This document shows positions 45,726-57,748 of a stretch of 64,000 nt of DNA, piece after piece. The translations under genes and the position numbers were made by a program. The notes below the pieces were generated by a model. That model was not told the origin of the DNA, ran no database searches, and worked only from the letters and a program-made list of their open reading frames with translations. Source of the stretch: Lingula anatina (lineage: Eukaryota > Animalia > Brachiopoda); assembly GCA_051362555.1 (NCBI GenBank), contig CM120641.1:26728401-26792400 (forward strand), read 5' to 3'. Each line of letters starts with the position of its first letter. Positions within the stretch are counted from its first letter, which is position 1.

Positions 45726-46790
45726 GCAGTAAAAGTAACCAAGTAAGAAAAAATGCTTTGAGTGAAGGTCACAGTCTAATATAGTTGTGTCAGTAGAATA
45801 CTGTAAAACGGTTCTTTCGATTAATTTGAAATTATTCAACAGTTACACTTTTCCTATCTGAAATTGTTTTCAACAGCTCCATCTGGCGGTAATTTTGGAG
45901 TGGACACAGTAACAGGCATTATCATTGGCGCTGCCGCCGTGGTGTTCGTCATCCTGCTTACCACCTCAATTTGTATTATACAAAGACAGTGAGTAAATTC
46001 TATTTATCAACAACTGCAATGTATTTGTGAAATGTATATTTGTTTTTGTTTTTTTCGCGAAATCAGCCAGTCAGGCACAGCATTGTAGTTTACCTTCGTT
46101 TCTTTTTTCTGATGTGTCAATAACTTTTTGATGCAGTGCATCCTTACACTAGTCATTTAGGTAGCTAATTGGTCTAATAAAATTCAATAATACCTTTCAT
46201 AAAGTATTTGAATATTTTGTAAACCACGACGTTGGTTTTTTCAATCGTTTAAGGCGCAAGGCATGGTTCGTTCTGGACGAGAAGACGGATTTTGAACTTG
46301 CCGACGTTCATCGAGGCGACGTGGGCTTTGATAACCCCGTGTATGACGAATCGGCCACGGTGAGTTAAACGTTGACGTGCTCTTTTAGCAAGAATTTGTG
46401 TGTCTAAATCATATTAAAAGTTTTCTTGCCTTCCTGAAGCTTGTGAAACAGTAAAACCTACCTGACCCATTTGAATGAAAAATGTGGATTTTACCCACTG
46501 AAATTTATACTGGCGAATTTCATTTTAACTTTTAACGATTTAAATACGTTTAATATGTTTGACATACTTATCTATGCAGTCAAGTTATCTAATTTAAACG
46601 ATCGTTTTAAAACATAAAGTTAACTTTTTTCTAATGTTTGCACAATATTGGAGATGTGTTTAACATAATGGTGCTACATTGTATCTTGCAGGCCAGCGTG
46701 TTCGGCGATCCAACAAAGCTGGCGGACACGTCATATGGATTCAGTAACCCTGGATACGGCGATGCTTTTGGTGGTGACAGCACCATTTGA
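41971..46790 (+). CDS. AMN: Amnionless-like protein, paralogue 1 (12 exons, ~605 aa, with mucin-like T/S/P stalk)
   Basis: Exons 41971-42022, 42290-42459, 42715-42808, 43217-43443, 43648-43797, 43998-44094, 44279-44361, 44527-44662, 45090-45581, 45877-45988, 46254-46359, 46692-46790 (1818 nt, GT-AG). Signal peptide; KRWKSDTNFFNGDNW; LPTDGILVL; SWFDPSNW; EKIPCQYNDVIFP; Cys-rich region GCKCGN...PTGHCCHVCGA; SEA-like region; TM helix; FDNPVY and FSNPGY. The order follows human AMN. Confidence 0.9.
42858..43140. repeat. Poly-G-anchored local duplication containing a 56-nt copy of AMN1 exon 4
   Basis: G27 + unit, then 42975-43030 identical to 43376-43431, then a second G-run + unit. Confidence 0.85.
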
Positions 46791-47721
46791 CTTACACTGG
46801 CCACTGCCACACTTTAATTGCCATCAAAATGAGTAACACGATTTTGGAACAGTGAACTGAGTCACTTGGAGTTCTAATCGGCGCTAATTTAATGTAAAGT
46901 TAGAATCAATTCGTTATTGTGTATTTCTGCGAATTTGAAAAAAAAAAGGTAAATAAAATGAAAGAAATCTACAATGAAATGACAACAGATGAAATAAAAT
47001 GAAACAGAATATATGTTTTACACTTGTTATACACTTTCTTTAATTTTCGTGCACCACTTACTATCTGATTCCGTAACTACAACAATTAATATTTCGCTAA
47101 TGGAATAGATGTAATTTCGTTCAGGTTTTAAGATATAGCGAGGTTCACTTCAATATGAAATTTCAAAATATGGAGATAAGGGTGTTTCGAACGGTGGACT
47201 GAATATTTATGCCTCTGTGAGTGGATTTATTGATACTTCTGCATTGAATGAAGCCACTTGAACTTTGACCAACCCTAATCGTGAATATCTGCAACATTGA
47301 TGTTATTTAAAACCAAGGTATTTATCTGATGACCAGTCTGGCACTAACAGCCACTTGAAATATTCACTACCGAATAGACCCTTAAATCAGTCGTCTAACT
47401 GATAATTCTTTGGAGGGTAAGAAGTAATTTACCACACACTCAAGACTAAATAGGGGGACCATAACACAGTAAACATTCCCAGATTTGGAAACCCCGATTA
47501 TCTAAACTTTGTCTACGGTTGTTCAATTTGGAAAACGTAAGATGCTTTGCTTATATATTTGACGGAATCTCAGGGTGCTTGCTGGGCACAACATTTATTG
47601 GATATTTTCTAGTCACGTCCACCCCTCGAAAATAGTAGTGAATGTTTCATCTTGGTGCTATACCAGAGATCTTTTCCTCAGTATTTATTTGTAAATTTTG
47701 TAAAGGAAAACGAAGTCAAGC

Positions 47722-49689
47722 ATGGGATCGAATGCGGCATTGGTTTTAACATGTTTATTAGCTATATTAGCAGGTAAGAATTTAAGAAGGGCCGGTTATA
47801 GAACCTTGCTTATTTCATTTTAACAAGGAGACGCCCGGAATGCGCAGCTCTTTGTATGTTTTAAAACATACCTCTATGTAGCTCTATTTTTGCAAGCAAA
47901 TTCACTAGCAAGTGAAATATTTCTTTGAATTCACACCGATGTAATTTGTTTGGAAGGTCAGAAAATTTCAGTTAAGATGATGAAAATATAAAGGTATTAC
48001 AAAAAGATTTTTTTGGTTGAAATTGAGCGCACCTTTGTACCACAACCATTAATGTACATTTTATCCATTTATCATAAAACAACAACAGAAAACTCAACCG
48101 GGCAGGTTTTTAAGCATTGGAAGCGGGACACTAACTTTTTCAACGAGGAGAACTGGGCAGGTGGAAAATTACCGTGTCCTGCCAATAAAATTGTTTTCCC
48201 GGCGTCCGCGCCCGCGGTCTACTTCGACCAGGACATGACGTTAAGAGAAATGGTAGGTTTCACAATAATGACCGCTTTAATCTGCCTTAACAGTTTTGGC
48301 GATTTTCAAAGCAAACTTAAGGAAAAGTACAGTAGCAGTTTTGGAAGTATTTACGATCTCTTTGTTTTGACATATCTTTGATAAATAATCACAACGAATC
48401 CGATAAAATGTGCAGGTATCTGAATTATACAACCTAACTGTATGAACCTTGTGTCTGATTTAAGAATGAAAATAAATGACATCTTCTCCCATTTTTGTAG
48501 GTGTTTCCATCTGATGGTTTGTTTGTGTTTGAGCGTGACCTAAGCATATCGTTCCTCAGTTACCCCACCAACGATGACAGCTGTCCGGAGGGAGGTAAGT
48601 GGCACAGCCGCTTGTGAAACTCTCGTGTATATCTTATTTTTCACCAATTAAAGGATAGGTTTTTATATAAGCTCTTCTGTTACTCACAAATACTTTGACA
48701 CAGATATGTCTCCTGTATGGTGTTCAATTTGTATAACTATTTAAAAGATATGCCAATTGAAATTTGGTGTTCAAAGTCAACCGTTAAATATTGATGTATC
48801 GATCATTGATATTCTTTTTGCTATTAAGTAAAACGTTCATCTTAAATCCAAACATGAGTGCAAAATTCCCTGCAATCAAGTCCCCACATTACAAATCTCA
48901 TTTAACTCCCATAACCAAGATTTCAATGTATTTTAGATGTTCATTTCGCACAAGTTCAGCCAAAACATTGGTATGATCCAGATAATTGGTGTATTCCTTT
49001 GCACGACTTTGATGCCCAGTGCTTGGATGTTGATCTTTTGGACAGCGAAAAAGTACCTTGCCGTAACGATGACGTCATCTTCCCCAGTGACAAAACCTTC
49101 TACGTCAGCTTAGATACTGACGTAGAGATAAGCATTCGGAGCCTCAGGATCGGATATACGGTAGGCTGGATTGGCACTCTATTAACAAAGCACTTGCAGG
49201 ATCAGTAGGTAATTCAAAGAGTTGCATTTGCTGTGCTTTGTTTCGACGACAAAAATTGAATAATAAAAAAAATGTTCATTCTTGTCCAAAATTTGTTCAA
49301 ATAGCTCGCAAATTTGCTTTATTTTAATTTCAGGTTTATGACACTGAGCAATTTAAACAGTTCCTAACCAGTGACTTAGGGAAGAAACAGTTTGTGCTTG
49401 CATCGTCTGCCAACGACGTGACAATTCACCGGGGGTACTGCAACAACGCCACCGGATGTCCATGTGGAAATGACAGAGGGGCGGTGAGCTATTAAGTTGA
49501 AATTCAGCCACACTTTCTTCATTTCATTATTATTGTTTGCTTACCTAAGGAGACTGGATACATATCATGTATTATGGTGAATATCTATATGTGCTATGGT
49601 ATATATCTATCCATCTTATCACACCAGAAGCCCTTACGTTGTTCAGTCTGACCTATACAACATAACCGTATAACCGGACACACACACAA

Positions 49690-49722
<33 letters not shown>

Positions 49723-50568
49723 AGACTATTCCAAAAATTTCCAGATTCTTAACAAAGTTTGCTCCTTCCAAAGATCACGATGTGGATCCACCCCGTGCAC
49801 TTCACCCTTCACTCCTGTAGGCCACTGTTGCTCACTCTGTGGTAAGTCACCAGAAATTAATACTATCTTAGACCAGTCGGAAAAAATTTAAAGCTCAAAG
49901 AAATCTTACTCTAAATCATCGTCTTCTTCAAATAAACGTTTCCTGTTCATTACATTTTTTACTTTTTTCTAAATCAAAGAGAGCAGATATAACAAATTAA
50001 AGGAGATGGCTTGACATAAACTGATAGAAATAAAGAGTGCAAGGTTGTCTTCACACTAAAAATGACTTTTTAAAAAATATTCAGGAGATTGTAAACGTTC
50101 AGAAATACAAAAATATTTGAATCTATTTTAGGCGCCTTGCTACTGATGACCTATAATGTGAATTTCGAACTGGTTAAAATTCGTAGAACAGCGTTGGACA
50201 AAGTGGCTTCTGAGGTAGTAGCAGTAGTAGCTAATGATTGTAATAGCGAAGATTTCATTTCAGTAATAGTGTTCACCAATTTTTTAATGCAAATGGAAGG
50301 CCTATGTGTGCATGTTGCGAGGTGCAAAGTCAAGCTGGGATTTCTAATAAATTTTATCAGTGTGATATATAATTACACTGCTATTTTATTCCTGAACAAA
50401 AAGAACTCGCATTTGTTTTACAATTTCAACAGGCCGAGTTCAGTGGTGTGAAAGTGATAGTTTCAAAACGATACGACGACAAGATCCAGATGGTAGTGAG
50501 AGACAGCAATGGGGGAATAAACGCAATCAAGCTGGCCTCGTGGTTCAAGGATCTAATGGGTAAAAAAA

Positions 50569-50651
<83 letters not shown>

Positions 50652-52800
50652 TATTTACAGTAACCGATCTATTGTGACATGGGGAAGTAATTGTTGGTTT
50701 CTGTAACTGTATGGTCGCACATGTAGTGGCAAGGGAGAGAGTCATGATCACCCTGTAATACTTGAGCACTGATACCGTTTTGACAGAGCAAAGTGATGAA
50801 TTGTTATCTGTTGCGTTCGAAAGCCACCCTGCGTTTCAGAGGACACTGGAAACTAGTAACGAAACCGAGAGTCGGTGTAACAGAGAGTCCAGGTCCGTAG
50901 CCAACAAATTCAAAAGGGGGGTTCTTTTTCTGAAAAAGTGGACCTTTTACAATGAAACTTATGTGTACCTAGATAAACTGGCTACGGGTCTGAAGTCCTT
51001 CTCCATTTAGGTTTTATGGTTATGGTTACCCTGACCTAGGTGGGTTAAAATCTAGGGCGAGGCTTACCTATACAAATGAATGGGAAGCGTTGGGGACTCC
51101 CTGACACGTTACAACGGCGTGGTGGCTGTAGAGAAGGCGATGGATTGAATAAGTCACTTTCTTACCTGCATCCAGTCTTCTTATAATGACCCCACGCCCT
51201 TGTGTATCGCTTGGGGAGGACAGTCGTGCGCGTGAGGGGGTCACGCTGAACCCGTAAATTAGGAAGTTGGCCCGTACATGTACGTAGTTTTCTTCGCGGT
51301 GACTACTCGTCTCGCTACAAACTGAGCGTATAGGCTCAAGTGCGGGGGCACTCCCGAATCAATCTATAAAACAATTTATAGTCTACCCTTTTTTAAAGTA
51401 TCAGTTTATTAACATTCAAAATGCTGATGCGCGGATAAAATATTTTGTCGTGATTGTTGCGTAATGTCGATGAATTTCATTGCGTTGCGCTTCAGCATTA
51501 TACCTATAAACTTATTTAAACAAACTGACTTGATGTTACAAATGTTTTTTCACCTTGAGATACACTTCATCGAGCTGTTTTTCTACTTGAATCTCAGTGC
51601 TGGCATGTGACTGACTTTTATGCATACTTCAAAGATGCAAATAAATGCGTTCAGGTAATCGGTAAACTCTTATTTGTAGACACGCAAGGCACAGCCGGCT
51701 ATGGAGTAACTAGTGTATCAATGCAAACGTCAGGGACCAGCGTTACTCCCATCACAAATACCCCTTCGGTACCTGAGAAGAGTCAGCAGCCCGGGGGTAG
51801 TACTGCGGGCGTCGCACCCACTGCACAAGCAGTCGTCCAGGGTCCGCAAATGAGTGTTGCAGGGATCGCTGGCATCATCCTGGGAACCACGGGATTCTTT
51901 ATTGTACTTATCATCTGTATGGTGTGTTTCCTCATATGGAAAAGGTAGGTGTTTTAAGATGCAGTTGTTTAATGCAAATTCTTTTTTAAGTCTCAGTTAG
52001 ATGCAGGTCTCTAGGTAAAGTTTGGTCAATCTTACTGAACTTCAACCTTTATTTATTATAGAAGTATATAAAGATGTACCTCTGAGTTTATCATTATTTT
52101 ACCGTGCATTCGGTAAATTCTCATTAAAATTATCATTATCAATTCAGGAACGCCAATTTCCCTCTCATGTGGTTCAAGAAAGGTGACGTAGAGCTCAGTG
52201 ACGTAAATGTCGGGCGGGGTTTTGACAACCCTGGTTACAGCGAGCATCACGGCGGACACATGGGACCTATGGTGTTCTCTGAGCTTCAGCGTCGTGAAGA
52301 GACTGAGCCGACTGATGACGGTGGCTATGATAACCCACTTTATGGGGGACCCATTGCAGTAAGTAAAAAATTAAACCATCACCATGCAGAATAGATAAGG
52401 TTGCATTAAGTGTATGCATGTTAAATATGAGACGCCTAGTAAGCATAAGGATGGAGGGGGGGGGGGGGGACCATCCAGAAAAAAAAGCGATGGGTGACTC
52501 CTCTAGTTTCCTGCGTTTATGACTGGCGTAGTTAGGGTAGGAGAGGAACACTACCCCATCCAGCCTCATAAGCTATGGATTAAAAGTGTACGAACGAATT
52601 TAATGGGGGTATATTGCAAATAGCACAAACTGAATTAAAGCCAAAATGACAACATCTGATACTGACTTTGATTGAACCAGTCATTTTGATGTTTGTTTCT
52701 TTTTTTGTAGGACAAACTTTATGCCGATCCCGCGAAAAGCGCCGATACCACTTTCAGTTTCAGCAACCCAGTTTATGGAGATGAGGATAGCACCATTTGA
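47722..52800 (+). CDS. AMN: Amnionless-like protein, paralogue 2 (11 exons, ~518 aa)
   Basis: Exons 47722-47773, 48089-48252, 48501-48594, 48937-49160, 49334-49483, 49745-49841, 50132-50214, 50433-50559, 51680-51944, 52148-52358, 52711-52800 (1557 nt). KHWKRDTNFFNEENW, EKVPCRNDDVIFP, GCPCGND, PVGHCCSLCGA, TM helix IAGIILGTTGFFIVLIICMVCFLIW, and FDNPGY / YDNPLY / FSNPVY. Exon sizes 52/94/150/97/83 are shared with paralogue 1. Confidence 0.92.
50562..50648. repeat. Poly-A followed by a (TA)n microsatellite directly after an AMN2 splice donor
   Basis: Seen directly in the sequence. Confidence 0.95.
50890..50992. mobile_element. MITE family C, internally deleted copy 2
   Basis: Ends caggtccgtagcc / ggctacgggtctg. 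Homologous to 41138-41335. Confidence 0.6.
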
Positions 52801-53167
52801 AATGAAAAACAAGCACGAATATCTGCAGACCGTTAAAAATCCGGCAGCAGTAAAAAGTGGAATTTTTACCCTGATTATGACATAAAGACATTCTGCAGAA
52901 TCAATGGATTTTGATTGTAGAATTTTTTTGTCGTGTTGTTCTCTATTATGATGTGTAGAAAAAAAAAAGGCTCATCATATAACTCTGAAATATAACTGTA
53001 ATAACAGTAGAAGCTAAAAGATAATTTAAAAAGTAAATGTTATTTGGATGATTTGGATGAAGTGAATTTTAAGAATCCAAGCTAGCAGAAACGTGTGTAT
53101 TAATAAATATATATTTGTTAGAACATAATATTTTTCACGAGGCATTTGTTGTACAAAAAGGGTTTTA

Positions 53168-53405
53168 CAGGGGCGGATCCAGGAATATTTGAAGAGGGGG
53201 GGGGGGGTCCCCGGTTGGCGTGGGATTCAGGGCTCGCTTTAGGGCCCCGAATTTTTTTGGTTTTTTAGCGGGCGAACGGTGCCATTTGGTACGGTTTAGT
53301 ACTATAAATACGCTTGTCAAAATTCTAATTTCAAGAGGGGAATATTAGTGTAATTTTTTTTCAGACCCCCTCCCCCAACCGACCCCACCTCTAAATCCGC
53401 CACTG
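53168..53405. mobile_element. MITE family B, copy 2
   Basis: caggggcggatccagg...aaatccgccactg. Homologous to 20225-20493. Confidence 0.75.
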
Positions 53406-54840
53406 TGTATAGGTATTTGGTTTAAATGTGTTTGTTATGGAGTTATGAGCCCCTAATTACAAATTTTCATAAAACAAAGGCATTATTTTGCTTCATCAAG
53501 GATAAAATCTGAACTAAGCCTTTAAAAATATTGCTGGACTTTGGAGTACTATACTAAATGGTGTCATTAAATCGGCGTTGACTGAAAGCTGTTACATAGT
53601 CCATTATGGATATTGTAACCCTTTATTATCATCCAGATACCGAAAATGAGGTTTTTCCTGCATCTATTGTGTTCAATAATGCATCTCTCTTTGTGCTGAT
53701 TTAAAACAATGAAAAAAAAAAAACACGAAAATATAAATTATCGGCGTTCATATTTTTCGTTGCAATGAATTAGCATAGGCATCTTAAAGCCTTAATCGTC
53801 AATTTAACACCTTTCTACCGTATTTTGAGGTGAGATAGCAATTGGTATGGGGCTTAACTCCTTCCCTGAGCATTATTTTATAACGAAAATTTGCGTACTT
53901 GACCAGGAGTGTATAGGCTACAATCCCGTGTCGTTATTTTGGTTTAAACGTTTTTGTTATGAAGTTCCTCTTCATGTGCCATCACCGATTCGATGTTTGA
54001 CGAACGATGATATTTTGCCAAAGGGTTCTATTTCGCGCCCATGACCAAAGGAGTCTTGTTGGTAATTCAAAATTGCCAAGAAAGGACTTTCGTTGTCTGC
54101 CACGGGCACTTTTGCCAGGTATTCTACCGCTAAGGCGAAGATCTTCTAATCCCTCTTTTCTGATGCAATGTCCCATGATCATGTCATGAAGTTATGAACC
54201 CCTAATTACAAATTTTCATAAAACAAAGGCATTATTTTGCTTTATCAACGATAAAATCTAAACTAAGCCTTTTAAAAAATCGCTGTCTGGGTTTTGGAGT
54301 ACTATACTAATTGGTGTCATTAAATCGGCGTTGACTGAAAGCTGTTACATAGTCAATTAAGGATATTGTAACCCTTTATTATCATTCAGATACCGAAAAT
54401 GAGGTTTTTCCTGCATCTAATGTGTTCAATAATGCATCTCTCTTTGTGCTGATTTAAAACAATGAAAAAACCCTCGAAAATATAAAATATCAGCGTTCAT
54501 ATTTTTCGTTGCAATGTATTAGCATAGGCACTTCAAAGCTTTAATCGTCAATTTAACACCTTTCTACCTTTTTTAAGGTGAGATAGCAATTGATATGGGG
54601 CGTAATTTCATCCATGAACAAGATTTTATCACGAGAGTTGACCAGGAGTGTATAGGCTACAATCCCGTGTCGTCATTTTGGTTTAAATGTTTTTGTTGTG
54701 GAGTTATGAGGCCCCTGTTACAAATTTTCATTAAACAAAGGCATCATTTTGCTTTACCAACGATAAAATCTGAGCGAAGCCTTTAAAAAAAATCTCTTGC
54801 TTGGTTTTGGAGTACTAAATGGTGTCATTAAATCGGCGAT
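53405..54840. repeat. Tandem repeat of a ~510-bp unit (about 2.4 copies)
   Basis: Units start gtgtatagg at ~53405, ~53909 and ~54647, with high identity (e.g. ggtgtcattaaatcggcg three times). Confidence 0.85.
53967..54185 (-). mobile_element. 5'-truncated RTE-clade LINE 3' fragment with 8-bp TSD
   Basis: Minus-strand peptide GHCIRKEGLEDLRLSGRIPGKSARGRQRKSF...ARNRTLW matches the RTE ORF C-terminal pattern (GHxxR...GKRxRGRQR...AxxRxxW). Ends ggcacatgaagagg. TSD ATGAAGTT at 53959-53966 and 54186-54193. Absent from the sister repeat units. Confidence 0.8.
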
Positions 54841-55971
54841 GACACGGTGATCGTGGGTGCACTATTAAAAGATAATTTTTTTCGTTTTTACCCCATAATC
54901 GCAATTATGACGTTACTCGTTAATTTAGTCACTGAACACTGAAGATGTAGGCCTATTTAATACCCTAAAGAATGTATGTAAGGCATATAAGGGATTTTAG
55001 GCGAAGGGTGACAATATCCTTAAAGGGATAATAACTCTTCGTATGAGATCTATATTTCACAATAAAAACATTGTGAATAACTCATAGAAATATAATATAT
55101 TCTGTTTTACCACAAAAACGGCAGTTATACCTATTATTCTGATATCTGAGCTTTTCTTTAGACCACGTGACCTCCATTGATGGCTATACTCTGCTAAAAT
55201 CTCTTAAGAGATTTTAACAAAAAACCAAACTCTTTAGAAAAAAAAAACAGGAACTAACTTTGAATGTAAAAATGGATTCATTAACCATTGGTAAGTATGG
55301 GAAAATAAAACTATGTACGTAGAAGATAAGTCATCTGGTCGTATTTCGCATAAATAACGCCGTAAGTTAGACTAATCATAGGTCCAGTATTAGATTTTTA
55401 AAAACTTTGTTTTTGATTGTATAGAAACATGCCAATGTGCGCACTCATAAAATTTCTATTTTTTATCAATATAAAAGAAATCTACCAGCTTCCATGAGAG
55501 ACTTAGAAATAAAAAAGGGTCTATAGATACTTTTTTTTTTCAACAGTTTTGGATGGGATTTACTTTCGTTACTCAGGGGGTTTGTTCAAATTTCCAGGAT
55601 TCATTAAAAATTTTTATCTTATTCCTGATATACCGGTTAGGATGTGAGGTTTTATGCCCACTCTTCAGCCTACTCTTTTCAAACACGAGGATTCGAAACA
55701 CCAAATGTGCACCAATAAGGTCAAACACTTTGTGAAACTAGACAGTCTCGATTCTAGGACGAAAATATAAAACTAATAGGGCTATAATAACACATTCCTT
55801 ATTTACAATAGCCTGATCACCTTGATGTGTAAGCGCAAGCCATAGACACCACGATTTGTGTCAGACTAACGCGAGGTCGCACAAAGAAAACCCAAGTAGG
55901 CCTACACATAATGACCAGTGGTGCGATTTATTCGCTGACGCCCGTGACGCCGCTGACGTGGGATCTCCATA

Positions 55972-56099
55972 CCCTCTACCAGGACGACAGATCGATTTTT
56001 CACAGATATTCACAGATATGTCTATTGATAAAAAGACAGTCATTTGGCTGTGGATTTTCCGCTTTTCCCTATATAATCCACAGCCAACCTGGTAGAGGG
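55972..56099. mobile_element. Small MITE with TA flanks
   Basis: ta|ccctctaccagg ... cctggtagaggg|ta is a perfect inverted repeat (14 bp including TA). Confidence 0.5.
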
Positions 56100-57748
56100 T
56101 AGGGTCTCCATACTCGGAGCTCCTTCTCTCCTGGAACACCCGTCTGTCTACTTGATTCTGTAAATCTCATTTTCCAGCTCTGTCCAGACCCTATTTTAGT
56201 AGTCCCCTTACGGTACATACATATATTAATTACTTCAAATTGCAGAGTTAGTTACTTAAAATCAGTGTTGCTCACAGCTGCCGGGGTATTACAAAAGGGC
56301 CCCTGAGCGACAACACTTCACCTGCGTTATATTCGTCATATAATCCATTCACCTGCGTTAAGCCCTTGCATTATATAGGTCGGACACAACCTAGAGGGTC
56401 AGGGGGGTCAGGGGAGATTCAGGAAAAGGGCCGGGGAGATTCAACGAAAATCAAAGAAATCAACGGCCCTTTCAAGCTCGCCTGGATACTGCCTGATGAT
56501 TCCAACTTAGCTCGGGAGATTTGGAGGCTGCTGGACACTCGAGACTAGTAGGGTGGTGCTATTGGAACAGCATGACCACGCCCGTGCTGTTGTCGACTTG
56601 AACAAGGAATAGAACTCCGACAGGTGTTATTGTGGGAGAGAGAGTTCAGCCAACCGGGCCTATTGCATAAAGGTGAACCAAAAAATTGATATTTCATATT
56701 TCCTAGTATTGAAACTAAAGGACCGCTCATTAACGAGTGTTATGTCAATGCAAAGAACGGGTTATCGGCCTGTTATCGGCGTTTTGTATCTATAAAGCGT
56801 CTCGTGATTAAATTCAGCCCCAAGACGGGCATTTTAAGGCAATCTACTACTGACATTCTACTATTGCTAAAAAAAGTATAGAATAGTCCAGAAACTAGAG
56901 ATATTTCCATTTTCTCGATTTCATCACGACGGTTTAAATAATTACTGGTACATGTGCACTCCGTACGCAGTATACCTGACTATAGAAATGTCACAATAGG
57001 TGGTTAAATTGTACATACATGTGCATGTACGTGTACCCAGACATATTATGTAACCATGGCGATATATACGCTTTATTCGGTTTACAGGTGACATGTGAAT
57101 AGGGCCTACTTTCTCTTGGTATGTATGTCAAATAATACTCTGCCACCCTATCGCGATATAAGCCTTGAATATGTATAACCTCTCCCTGGCTTAATTGCCT
57201 CAGTTTTCGGCCCTACATGCTATGTGCCCGTACACATAAGTATTGTCAGGACGTGGGTATTTATAGCCTCAACATAAACAGTCTGAAACACTAGTCTAAT
57301 ACATAAGAAGTTTTTCTAGATAGGCCTACTATTTAATGATCAGTTTTTTCCTAGGGGAAAAGCCCAGATATAATAAAAAGGGTAGGCGACCTTGTCTATA
57401 TTCGCTGTAATTTAGTGTAAAGCTAGGGCCTGGAGAGGACTCTTTTGTTGCCTTTTCCAAAGAGTTATAACTCCTTGCCTTTTCCGAACTAATCTGATAT
57501 AGCTTATTTATAAACTAGATTCATAACATACATAATGCCGATGTTAAACCTTACATACATGTTTATCTAACAAATGTAGGCGAGATGCATGTATATTCTT
57601 TAAGGCATTCATAATTATTTCATTAATAATATCCCAATGAGAATAATGTTTATTTTCATCTTTAAAATCCTAAGGAAAAACTACAAACTCAACATTGTCA
57701 TGGACATGATCGTGATGGTCTATGTTTTTTTTTCTAGCACCTGAAACG

